From NCBI GenBank assembly GCA_963923625.1, contig CAWUMZ010000001.1, positions 1 through 49,995 of the forward strand: 49,995 nt of DNA, given 5' to 3'. The notes below the pieces were generated by a model. It had not been told where the DNA came from, searched no databases, and saw only the letters and a list, made by a program, of their open reading frames with translations. This stretch comes from an uncultured bacterium. Its GTDB lineage: Bacteria; Actinomycetota; Thermoleophilia; Gaiellales; F1-60-MAGs149. Shown here piece after piece: positions 24,221 to 32,588 of the stretch. The number at the start of each line of letters is the position of its first letter. The stretch's first letter is position 1. The position numbers and the translations under genes were made by a program.

Positions 24221-24328
24221 CTCGTGTGACGCAAAGGGGCCAGACCCCTATGCATCACACGGCGGGCAACGGAAAGCGAGTGCGGGCGACGTGATGCATA
24301 GGGGTCTGGCCCCTTTGCGTCACACGAG
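24221..24328. repeat. Long perfect palindrome (38-nt arms, 32-nt loop), copy 2 of the repeat family; likely terminator of the ABC operon
   Basis: CTCGTGTGACGCAAAGGGGCCAGACCCCTATGCATCAC (24221-58) is the exact reverse complement of 24291-24328. It shares the GTGACGCAAAGGGGCCAGACCCCTATGC(G/A)TCA core with 3208-3289. The right arm contains the stop codon and last codons of the ATPase gene ending at 24320. Confidence 0.85.
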
Positions 24329-25264
24329 CAGGCAGGCCGCGCGATGGCCCGGGCCGCCGGCCGGGCGCAGCTGCGGATCCTCGGCCGAGCAGGCGGCGGT
24401 CGCGACGGGACAGCGCGGGTGGAAGCGGCAGCCGCTGGGGACGTCGGCCGGATTCGGGGTCTCGCCCTGCAGGATCTCGGGCCGCATCGACTGCTCGGGG
24501 TCGGGCTGGGGGACGACCGAGACGAGCGCCTTCGTGTATGGGTGCTGCGGGTTGCGGATCACCTCGTGCGCCGGGCCCTCCTCGACGATGCGGCCGAGGT
24601 ACATCACGCAGATGCGGTCGGCGAAGTGGGCGGCGGTGGAGAGGTCGTGCGTGATCATCAGGATCCCGAGGCCGCTCGCCCGCAGCTCGTCGAGCAGCCC
24701 GAGGATGCCGGCGCGCACCGAGACGTCGAGCATCGAGACCGGCTCATCGGCGAGCAGCAGGGTCGGCTCGAGGGCGAGCGCGGCGGCTATCGAGACGCGC
24801 TGGCGCTGGCCGCCCGACAGCTCGTGCGGGTAGCGCTCGAGGTAGAGGTCGGGCGGTGTCAGGCCCGCGCGCTCCATGGCGGCGCGCACGCGTTCGTCGC
24901 GGTTGTCGAGCCCGTGGATCTCGAGCGGCTCGGCCACGATGTCCTTCACGCGGAAGCGCGGGTCGAGCGACTCGTACGGATCCTGGAAGATGATCTGCAT
25001 CTCGCGGCGCACGGGCCGCATCTCGCGCTGCGTGGCGTTCGTGATGTCGCGATCGCGGAAGCGGATCGTCCCGCTCGTCGCGGGCACCATGCGCATGGCG
25101 GTCTGCGCGGTCGTCGTCTTGCCGCAGCCGGACTCGCCGACGAGCGCCACGAACTCGCCGGCCGCGACGCTGAGGGAGACGCCGTCGACGGCGCGCACGA
25201 CCTTCTTGCGCCCCTGCCGGAACTGGACGACGAGATCCTCGATGGTGAGCAGCGGCTCGCTCAT
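24320..25264 (-). CDS. peptide ABC transporter ATP-binding protein (OppF/DppF-like)
   Basis: Walker A GESGCGKTT, signature LSGGQRQR, and a C-terminal Cys-containing oligopeptide-ATPase extension. ATGA overlap with the upstream ATPase gene. Confidence 0.9.
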   Translation of the reverse strand: MSEPLLTIEDLVVQFRQGRKKVVRAVDGVSLSVAAGEFVALVGESGCGKTTTAQTAMRMVPATSGTIRFRDRDITNATQREMRPVRREMQIIFQDPYESLDPRFRVKDIVAEPLEIHGLDNRDERVRAAMERAGLTPPDLYLERYPHELSGGQRQRVSIAAALALEPTLLLADEPVSMLDVSVRAGILGLLDELRASGLGILMITHDLSTAAHFADRICVMYLGRIVEEGPAHEVIRNPQHPYTKALVSVVPQPDPEQSMRPEILQGETPNPADVPSGCRFHPRCPVATAACSAEDPQLRPAGGPGHRAACLLV

Positions 25265-26217
25265 GCGCCGGCCTCCACGAAGCACGCGCCCCTATGACCG
25301 GGCTCGGCCGTGCGCGTGGGCGGGTACGACAGCGCGCAGGCGTCGATCGCCGAGTCGCAGCGCGGACGGAACGGGCAGCCGACGATCTCCTCGTCGAGCC
25401 GCGGCGGCGAGCCCGGGATCGAGACGACCTCGCGCTCGGCCAGCAGGTCGGGCGTGGCGCCGAACAGCATGCGCGTGTACGGATGCAGCGGGTGGTGATA
25501 CAGCTCGCTCGTGCTGCCGAGCTCCGTGATGTGGCCGGCGTACATCACGGCCGCACGCTGGCAGATCTGCGAGACGAGCGGCAGGTCGTGCGTGACCATG
25601 ATCATCGCGAGGCCGAGCTCGTCGGTGAGACGCACGAGCAGCTCGAGGATCTGCGCCTGCACCATCACGTCGAGCGCCGTCGTGGGCTCGTCGGCGAGCA
25701 GCACCTTCGGCTCGCACGCCAGTGCCATCGCGATCGCGGCGCGCTGGCGCATGCCGCCGGAGAACTCGTGCGGGTAGCGGTCCTGCCGCTCGCCCGCGAT
25801 GCCGACCAGCTCGAGCAGCTCGGCCGTGCGCGCGCGGGCGGCCCTGCCCTTGGCGATGCCGGCCGTCTCGATCGGCTCGCGGATCTGCGAGCCGACGGTC
25901 TTGACCGGATCGAAGGCGTTCATCGCGCCCTGGAACACCATCGCGATGTCCTTCCAGCGGTGCGGGCGCATGGTGGCGTCGCCGCCCGCGAGGATGTCCT
26001 CGCCGTCGAGCAGGATGCGGCCCGCCGCGCTGGCGTTCGGCGGCAGGAGGCCCATCATCGCGAGGATCGCCGTGGTCTTGCCGCAGCCCGACTCGCCGAC
26101 GAGGCCCATGCGCTCGCCGCGCTCGAGGCCGAACGAGATCCCCTGCACGGCGTGCAGCTCCTTGCCGCCCGGCAGGTCGAACCAGACGTGGAGGTCCTCG
26201 ACGGCGAGCACGCTCAC
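25261..26217 (-). CDS. peptide ABC transporter ATP-binding protein (OppD/DppD-like)
   Basis: GESGCGKTT and FSGGMRQR. GTG start at 26217 with AAGGAGGAG upstream and a GTGA overlap with the permease stop. Confidence 0.9.
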   Translation of the reverse strand: MSVLAVEDLHVWFDLPGGKELHAVQGISFGLERGERMGLVGESGCGKTTAILAMMGLLPPNASAAGRILLDGEDILAGGDATMRPHRWKDIAMVFQGAMNAFDPVKTVGSQIREPIETAGIAKGRAARARTAELLELVGIAGERQDRYPHEFSGGMRQRAAIAMALACEPKVLLADEPTTALDVMVQAQILELLVRLTDELGLAMIMVTHDLPLVSQICQRAAVMYAGHITELGSTSELYHHPLHPYTRMLFGATPDLLAEREVVSIPGSPPRLDEEIVGCPFRPRCDSAIDACALSYPPTRTAEPGHRGACFVEAGA

Positions 26218-27167
26218 GAGCGCTCCTCCTTGTCCGGCAGGGGGCGCAGGCGGAAGTGGCGGCGCGACAGGTGGCTCACCTTGAGGCGCGGGTTGAGCGA
26301 GTCCTCGACGGCGGTCCCGAGCATGTTGAAGGCGAGGATCACCACGGCGACGGCGATGCCGGGCGGCACGATCGCCCACCACGCGCCGTACGAGATCGCG
26401 CTGCGGGAGAACGCGTTCTCGATCATCTTGCCCCAGCTCGTCACGCTCGGATCGCCGAGGCCGAGAAACGAGATCGCGGTCTCGAGGAAGATCGCCAGCG
26501 CGACCATCAGCACGGTCTGCGCGAGCAGCAGCGGCATGATCTGCGGGATCACGTGCTTGAAGATGATGCGCGTGTGGGAGGCGCCGAGCGCCTGCGCGCG
26601 CTTCACGTACGCGCGCTCGCGCACGACCTTCACCTGCGAGCGGATCAGGCGCGCCATGAACGTCCAGTAGATGAGGCCGATGATCAGGATGATGTTGCGG
26701 AGGCTGCGGCCCCAGATCGACGCGATCACGATCATCAGGACCAGATCGGGGATGACGAGGAAGTAGTCGGTGACGCGCATCAGCGCGTTGTCGATCCGGC
26801 CGCCGAAGTAGCCGGCCAGGATGCCGATCGTGCCGCCGACGAGCATCGCCACTACCGCGCCCGCGAAGCCGACGATGAGCGTGACGCGCGCGCCGTAGAT
26901 GAGCAGCGACAGCATGTCGATGCCGCCGTCGTCGAGCCCGAGCGGATGCGCGCCCGACGGCGTGCCGAACAGCGGTCCGACCTGCTCCCGCTCGCCGTAC
27001 GGCGCGAGATACGGGCCGAACAGCGCGACGAAGACGAAGGCGAGCAGGATGATCGCGCCGATCACGGCCTGCGGGTGGTGGCGGAGGAACGACAGCGCCG
27101 CGCGCGTGCGCGACGGGGCGCGTACGACGTCGGGCAGCGCGGTCTGCGGCGGATCGACGAAGCTCAC
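26214..27167 (-). CDS. peptide ABC transporter permease (OppC/DppC-like)
   Basis: Polytopic BPD-transporter pattern. GTG at 27167 (VSFVDPPQ...) overlaps the upstream permease stop. The rest of the 517-aa track ORF is an out-of-gene extension. Confidence 0.88.
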   Translation of the reverse strand: MSFVDPPQTALPDVVRAPSRTRAALSFLRHHPQAVIGAIILLAFVFVALFGPYLAPYGEREQVGPLFGTPSGAHPLGLDDGGIDMLSLLIYGARVTLIVGFAGAVVAMLVGGTIGILAGYFGGRIDNALMRVTDYFLVIPDLVLMIVIASIWGRSLRNIILIIGLIYWTFMARLIRSQVKVVRERAYVKRAQALGASHTRIIFKHVIPQIMPLLLAQTVLMVALAIFLETAISFLGLGDPSVTSWGKMIENAFSRSAISYGAWWAIVPPGIAVAVVILAFNMLGTAVEDSLNPRLKVSHLSRRHFRLRPLPDKEERS

Positions 27168-28138
27168 TCGGTCACCCGCGGGTCGAGGGCGAAGTAGAGG
27201 AGGTCGGCGATGAAGTTCATCAGGATCACCACGAGCGTCAGCAGCAGGAACGCTCCCTGCAGCATCGGGTAGTCGCGGTCGCCCACGCTGGAGTAGATCT
27301 GGAGGCCGACGCCGGGGTAGTTGAACACCGTCTCGATCAGGATCGCGCCGCCGAGGATGAAGCCGAGCGACAGGAAGATCAGGGTGACGATCGGCAGCAT
27401 CGAGTTGCGCAGCGCGTGCTTGCGCACGATCTCCCAGTTCGAGAGGCCCTTGGCGCGCGCCGTCAGGATGTAGTCCTCGCCGAGCGCCTCGAGCATCGAT
27501 GAGCGCACGACCAGCGTGTACTCGCCGAACAGCACGAGGCCGATGGTCGCGGCCGGGAGGATCATGTGCTTGAGGCGATCCGCGAGTTCGCTCAAGGTCC
27601 CGGGGTTCGTGTACGCCAGGTACGGGTCCGCGATGTCGCTCGTCGGCAGATGCAGCGGGCCGGCGAGGTAGAGGATCAGCATCAGCGCCAGCCATTGGGT
27701 GGGCAGGCTGTAGAAGAGCAGGCCGCCCCAGACGACGCCCTTGTCGGAGAGCGTTCCGCGTCGCCACGCGGCGAGCACGCCCGTCGCGATGCCGAGCATG
27801 ATCGAGAGGATCGTGCCGAGCAGGATCATCGGCACGGTGTTCTTGATCGGCTGCCAGAGCTCATGCGTGACGGGCTGCTCGGTGACGAACGAGCGGCCGA
27901 GGTCGCCGTGCGCCGTCTGCTTGAGGTAGATCCAGTACTGCTCCGGCACCGACTTGTCGAGCCCGTACTCGTGCTTGAGCTCCTGCTTGAACTGCTCGGT
28001 GCAGCCCTGGCAGCGCAGGGCGGACGTGCGGTCACCCGGTGCGAGGCGGAACAGCACGAAGTTGAGGCTGATCGCGACGAAGATGGTGATCAGCGCGAAC
28101 AATGCGCGCCGTCCGACGTACGACCAGCCTGCCCGCAC
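27164..28138 (-). CDS. peptide ABC transporter permease (OppB/DppB-like)
   Basis: MRAGWSYVGRRALFALITIFVAISLNFVLFRLAPGD... GTG at 28138 with GAGGAG upstream. Confidence 0.9.
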   Translation of the reverse strand: MRAGWSYVGRRALFALITIFVAISLNFVLFRLAPGDRTSALRCQGCTEQFKQELKHEYGLDKSVPEQYWIYLKQTAHGDLGRSFVTEQPVTHELWQPIKNTVPMILLGTILSIMLGIATGVLAAWRRGTLSDKGVVWGGLLFYSLPTQWLALMLILYLAGPLHLPTSDIADPYLAYTNPGTLSELADRLKHMILPAATIGLVLFGEYTLVVRSSMLEALGEDYILTARAKGLSNWEIVRKHALRNSMLPIVTLIFLSLGFILGGAILIETVFNYPGVGLQIYSSVGDRDYPMLQGAFLLLTLVVILMNFIADLLYFALDPRVTE

Positions 28139-28173
28139 TCAGAGCTCCTCGGATGCGGACAGGCCGGTCGTCA

Positions 28174-29859
28174 TCAGCCGTTCTGATGGATGGTGTCCCA
28201 CGGGATCTTCGAGAGGCCCAGCAGGAACGGATCGGTCAGACCGCCCCAGTTCTTCGAGAACGCCTGGACGCTCTGCTTCTGCGCGACCCACAGGTACGGC
28301 AGATCCGCGTTCAGCATGTCCTGCATCTGCCAGACGAGATCCTTGCGCTTCGCGGGATCGAGCGTGACGCCCTGCTCGGAGTAGAGCTTGTCGTACGCCG
28401 GGTTGCAGTAGCCCGTGTCGCTCCAGCCGCCGTACTGGTTGCAGAGCGTGACGGACAGGATGAAGTCCGGGTCGATGTACCCGACCCAGTCCCAGATCGC
28501 CATGTCGAAGTCGAGGTACTTGTTGTCAGGGGCGATGATGGCCTCGAACGCCGCCGTGGAGTCGAGCTTCTTCGCGGTGATGTTGATGCCGAGCTGCGCC
28601 CACGACGTCTTGAGGATCTCGAACAGGCGGTCGATGCCCTCGACGTTGTCGGGGGTGATCACCTCCCAGTCGAACTTCGATCCGTCGGGGCCGACGCGGA
28701 TGCCGTCGGCGCCCTTCTTGTAGCCGGCGTCGTCGAGCATCTTGTTGGCCGCCGCGATGTCGTAGGTCGGCACCGCGATGTCGGTGTTGTCGTACGGGCT
28801 GGACAGCTTCGTGATGCCGGTGGCGATCGGATCGCCGTACCCGTTGAGGACCGTGTCGATGATCTGCTGCCGATCGAGAGCCGTGTTGAGCGCGGCCTTG
28901 ACCTTCGGGTCGAGCAGCTCCTTGTGATCCGTCTTCTTCGGGTTCGAGTTGATCGGGATGTCGTACGTGAACGTCGACTTGCCGATCTGGACGGTGAAGT
29001 TCGGATCGGACTGCCACTGCTTCGCGAGCGTCGGCGGCAGGGTGTCGACGGCGTCGAGCTGCCCGCCCTTGAGCGCGGCGAGCATGGCGTCCGCGTTCTG
29101 GTACACGGTCAGGCCGACGGCGTCGACGTGCGGCGCCTTGCCGTAGTAGTCCGGGTTCTTCTTGAGGAACGTCGTGCCCTTCTTCTCGAACTTGTCGATC
29201 GTGAAGGCGCCCGCTCCGACGACCGGGCCGGCGCTGGCGGGATCCCACGTCTTAAGGCCCTTGCCGTTGGCGCCGACGATCGGCTCGACGACGTGCTGGG
29301 GGAGGATGAAGAACTGCTGCAGCTGCGGCAGGACGTTGGCGACGGCCTTGTCGTAGGTGATGACGACGGTCGTATCGTCCGGCGCCTCGACCTTGGTGGC
29401 GTGCGCGATGAACGGCGCGAGGGTCGCGGCGGCGCCGTCGGCGTACTTGATGATGAGATTGCCGGTGAAGGCCGCGTCGGCGGCGGTCAGGGGCTTCCCG
29501 TCCGACCACTTGCCGCCCGGCTTGACCTTGAAGGTCCAGACCTTGCCGTCGGCCGAGGTGGTCCAGGAATCGGCCCAGTCGCCGGTGATCTTGTAGTTCT
29601 CGTCGTACTGCACGAGCGTCGGGTACTCCTCGGTGAAGAGGATGTACGAGAGGCTGGAGAAGCCCACGAACGGATTGATCGAGTCGGGATTGGAGATCGT
29701 GCCCATGCGGAAGATCCCGCCCTCCTTGATCGGCGTATCGCCGGTTGCGGCACTGCCGCCGCCGCCTCCGCCGCCGGGCGTCGTCGAGGCTCCGCCACCG
29801 CACGCGGCGAGCACGCCCACCGCGAGCACCAGCATCGCTCCGAGGATGATCTTGCGCAT
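28174..29859 (-). CDS. ABC transporter substrate-binding lipoprotein (family 5, peptide/nickel type)
   Basis: Lipoprotein signal MRKIILGAMLVLAVGVLAACGGG and a family-5 SBP body. ATG at 29859 with GGAGAGGGAGGG upstream. Confidence 0.9.
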   Translation of the reverse strand: MRKIILGAMLVLAVGVLAACGGGASTTPGGGGGGGSAATGDTPIKEGGIFRMGTISNPDSINPFVGFSSLSYILFTEEYPTLVQYDENYKITGDWADSWTTSADGKVWTFKVKPGGKWSDGKPLTAADAAFTGNLIIKYADGAAATLAPFIAHATKVEAPDDTTVVITYDKAVANVLPQLQQFFILPQHVVEPIVGANGKGLKTWDPASAGPVVGAGAFTIDKFEKKGTTFLKKNPDYYGKAPHVDAVGLTVYQNADAMLAALKGGQLDAVDTLPPTLAKQWQSDPNFTVQIGKSTFTYDIPINSNPKKTDHKELLDPKVKAALNTALDRQQIIDTVLNGYGDPIATGITKLSSPYDNTDIAVPTYDIAAANKMLDDAGYKKGADGIRVGPDGSKFDWEVITPDNVEGIDRLFEILKTSWAQLGINITAKKLDSTAAFEAIIAPDNKYLDFDMAIWDWVGYIDPDFILSVTLCNQYGGWSDTGYCNPAYDKLYSEQGVTLDPAKRKDLVWQMQDMLNADLPYLWVAQKQSVQAFSKNWGGLTDPFLLGLSKIPWDTIHQNG

Positions 29860-29974
29860 CGAACCCTCCCTCTCCATGGAACCCCCTCCGGGTTGCTGCG
29901 CAGTCTAATCGCAGAGTCAGGACGCATTCCTGATCAGCCGATCAGTCGCTGCTGCGCTATGCGAGAATCGCACG

Positions 29975-31033
29975 ATGCTGCTTGATGCCGATGCCGTCGA
30001 CCGCTATGCGGAAGGGTGCGCGATCCTCGGCACGGGCGGTGGCGGCGACATCCGCGTGCCCACGCTGATCGCGCGGCAGGCGCTGCTCGAGTGCGGCCCC
30101 GTGCGGGTGCTCGACGCCGACGAGGTACCCGATGGCGCGCTCGTGCTGCCGGTCGGCGGCTGGGGCGCGCCGACGGTGTGCATCGAGAAGTTCGACTCGG
30201 GCGACGAGGGGCGCCTGCTCTGCGAGGCCGCCGAGAGGTGGTTCGGACGTCCCGTCGACGCGCTGATGCCTTCGGAGATCGGCGGCGGCAACGGCGTGCA
30301 GCTCCTGTCGTGGTGCGCCCGACTCGGACTCCCGCTCGTCGATGCCGACGGCATGGGGCGGGCCTTCCCCGAAGGCGACATGTGCGCGATGCACCTGATG
30401 GACGTGGCGCCGTCGCCGGCGTTCTTCGCGGATGAGCGCGGACGTGTCGTGACCGCAACGCCGGACGATGCGCACGGGTTGGAGGAGGCGGCGCGTCGGT
30501 GCGTCATCGAATCGGGCGGCGTGTGCGCCGGCGCCGACCACCCCATGGACGGGGCGACGGTGCGCACCTCGACCGTGCGGGGCACGGTGTCGCTCGCGCT
30601 GCGCATCGGCACCGCGCTCGAGCGCGGCGGCGTCGGCGGGGTGCTCGAGGCGACGGGCGGCGTGCGCATCGCGACCGGCAAGGTCGTCGACGTCGAGCGC
30701 CTCACCGCGGACGGCTTCGCTCGCGGCATCGTGCGACTCGAGGGCACCGGCACCGACGCCGGTCGGTCCCTGGCGCTGCAGGTGCAGAACGAGAACCTCC
30801 TCGCGACCGAGGGCGATCGCGTGCTGGCGTCGACGCCCGACCTGATCACGATCCTCGATGCGGGCACCGGGCGCGCGGTGCCGACTGAGCGCGTGCGCTA
30901 CGGCCAGCGTGTCGCGGTCGTGGGCATCCCGTGCGCGCCGATCTGGCGAACGCCGCGCGGACTCGAGGTCGCCGGGCCCGAGCGGTTCGGCTACCCCGGC
31001 CCGTGGCGCCCGATCGAGGAGACGACGCGATGA
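29975..31033 (+). CDS. DUF917-family protein (hydantoinase-associated)
   Basis: N-terminal ...GCAILGTGGGGD... pattern and tight coupling (ATGA overlap) to a hydantoinase-family gene. The family assignment is from memory of Pfam DUF917. Confidence 0.75.
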   Translation: MLLDADAVDRYAEGCAILGTGGGGDIRVPTLIARQALLECGPVRVLDADEVPDGALVLPVGGWGAPTVCIEKFDSGDEGRLLCEAAERWFGRPVDALMPSEIGGGNGVQLLSWCARLGLPLVDADGMGRAFPEGDMCAMHLMDVAPSPAFFADERGRVVTATPDDAHGLEEAARRCVIESGGVCAGADHPMDGATVRTSTVRGTVSLALRIGTALERGGVGGVLEATGGVRIATGKVVDVERLTADGFARGIVRLEGTGTDAGRSLALQVQNENLLATEGDRVLASTPDLITILDAGTGRAVPTERVRYGQRVAVVGIPCAPIWRTPRGLEVAGPERFGYPGPWRPIEETTR

Positions 31034-32547
31034 GCGAGCTCCGCATCGGCATCGACGTCGGCGGCACCAACACCGATGCGGTTCTGCTGGGACGGGGCGA
31101 CGAGCTGCTGGCGCGCTGCAAGACGCCGACCACCGCCGACCCGCTCGACGGCATCGCGACGGCGCTCGCCGCCGTCGCCCCCGAGGACCGCAGCGCCGTC
31201 GCGATGGCAGCCCTCGGCACCACGCACGCGCTCAACGCGATCCTGCGCCGCCGCGAGCTCGCCCGCGTCGCGGTGCTGCGCCTCGCCGCGCCCGCCACGC
31301 TGTCGGTGCCGCTGTTCGCGGCGTGGCCCGCTGATCTGCGAGCGGCGGTCGACGGCGGTGGCGCGATCGTGCGCGGCGGCGTCGAGATCGATGGTCGGGC
31401 GCACGCGCTTGACCACGACGAGCTGCGGCGCGTGCTCGCGGCGTGCGGCCCGATCGACGCCGTCGCGATCAGCGGCGTGTTCTCGATGCAGGACCCGTCG
31501 CAGGAGCTCGAGGCGGCGGAGGTCGTCCGCGCGGAGCTCGGCGATGGCGTGGGCATCTCGCTCGGCCATCTCGTCGGCGGCGTGGGGCTGCTGGAGCGCG
31601 AGAACGCGGCGATCCTCAATGCCGCGCTCGGCGGCGTGGCGCGCCGGGTGATCGACGGCTTCGAGCAGGCACTTGCCGCCTGCGGGCTCACGGCCACGCC
31701 GTTCCTGACGCAGAACGACGGCACGCTGATGTCGATCGAGCAGGCGCGCGAGCTCCCCGTCCTGACGATCGGCGGCGGCGCCTCCAACTCGATCCGCGGC
31801 GCCGGCGTGCTGACTGGTGTGGCCAACGCGCTCGTGATCGACGTCGGCGGCACGAGCACGGATGTCGGGGCCCTCAGCGGCGGCTTCCCGCGCGAGTCGG
31901 CGTTCGGCGTGGAGCTCGGTGGCGTGCAGACGAATTTCCGCATGCCCGACGTCGTCTCCGTCGCGCTCGGCGGCGGTACCGTCGTGCAGGCCGAGGGAAC
32001 GCTCGGCCCCGAGAGCGTCGGCTACCGCATCGTCGACGAGGCGCGGGTGTTCGGCGGCGCGACGACGACCGTCACCGATCTCGCCGTGGCCGGCGGTCGT
32101 GCGGTCATCGGCGATGTCGCCCGTGCGGGTGCGGCCCGCCCCGACGTCCTCGCCGCGGCCGACGCGCTGGTCGCCGACGCCGTGGATCGCATGAAGCTCG
32201 CGCAGGGCGACGTACCGCTGATCGCCGTGGGCGGCGGCAGCGCGATCCTGCCCGAGTCCGTCCCCGGCTGCTCCGCGGTCCTCCGGCCTGACAATCACGA
32301 CGTCGCCAACGCCATCGGCGCCGCCGTCGGCCTCGTCAGCGGCGACGCAGAGCACGTGCTCGAGCTCGGCGACAGCCGTGCCGCCGGCATCGAGGCGGTG
32401 CGGCTAGACGCCGCCGAGCGCGCGCGGCGCGCCGGCGCCGACCCCGCGCGGCTCGAGGTGATCCGCGTCGACGAGGTGCCGCTCGCGTACACGACGCCGC
32501 CGATGGCGCGGGTGCGCGTCAAGGTCGCCGGACCGCCGCTCGCGTAG
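31030..32547 (+). CDS. hydantoinase/oxoprolinase-family protein (HyuA-like, ASKHA fold)
   Basis: MSELRIGIDVGGTNTDAVLL... and a second phosphate motif ...LVIDVGGTSTDVG... Confidence 0.8.
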   Translation: MSELRIGIDVGGTNTDAVLLGRGDELLARCKTPTTADPLDGIATALAAVAPEDRSAVAMAALGTTHALNAILRRRELARVAVLRLAAPATLSVPLFAAWPADLRAAVDGGGAIVRGGVEIDGRAHALDHDELRRVLAACGPIDAVAISGVFSMQDPSQELEAAEVVRAELGDGVGISLGHLVGGVGLLERENAAILNAALGGVARRVIDGFEQALAACGLTATPFLTQNDGTLMSIEQARELPVLTIGGGASNSIRGAGVLTGVANALVIDVGGTSTDVGALSGGFPRESAFGVELGGVQTNFRMPDVVSVALGGGTVVQAEGTLGPESVGYRIVDEARVFGGATTTVTDLAVAGGRAVIGDVARAGAARPDVLAAADALVADAVDRMKLAQGDVPLIAVGGGSAILPESVPGCSAVLRPDNHDVANAIGAAVGLVSGDAEHVLELGDSRAAGIEAVRLDAAERARRAGADPARLEVIRVDEVPLAYTTPPMARVRVKVAGPPLA

Positions 32548-32588
32548 GCGGCGGGCGCGCACCGGCACCCCGGTACACTGCGCCCTCG

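Noticed and set aside
23886-24833. ORFs 23886..24833(+) and 23905..24258(-), both containing the peptide MHRGLAPLRHTS
   Set aside because: The shared peptide is simply the two arms of the 24221-24328 palindrome read on both strands. The ORFs cross an intergenic region and the antisense of recQ or the ATPase gene.
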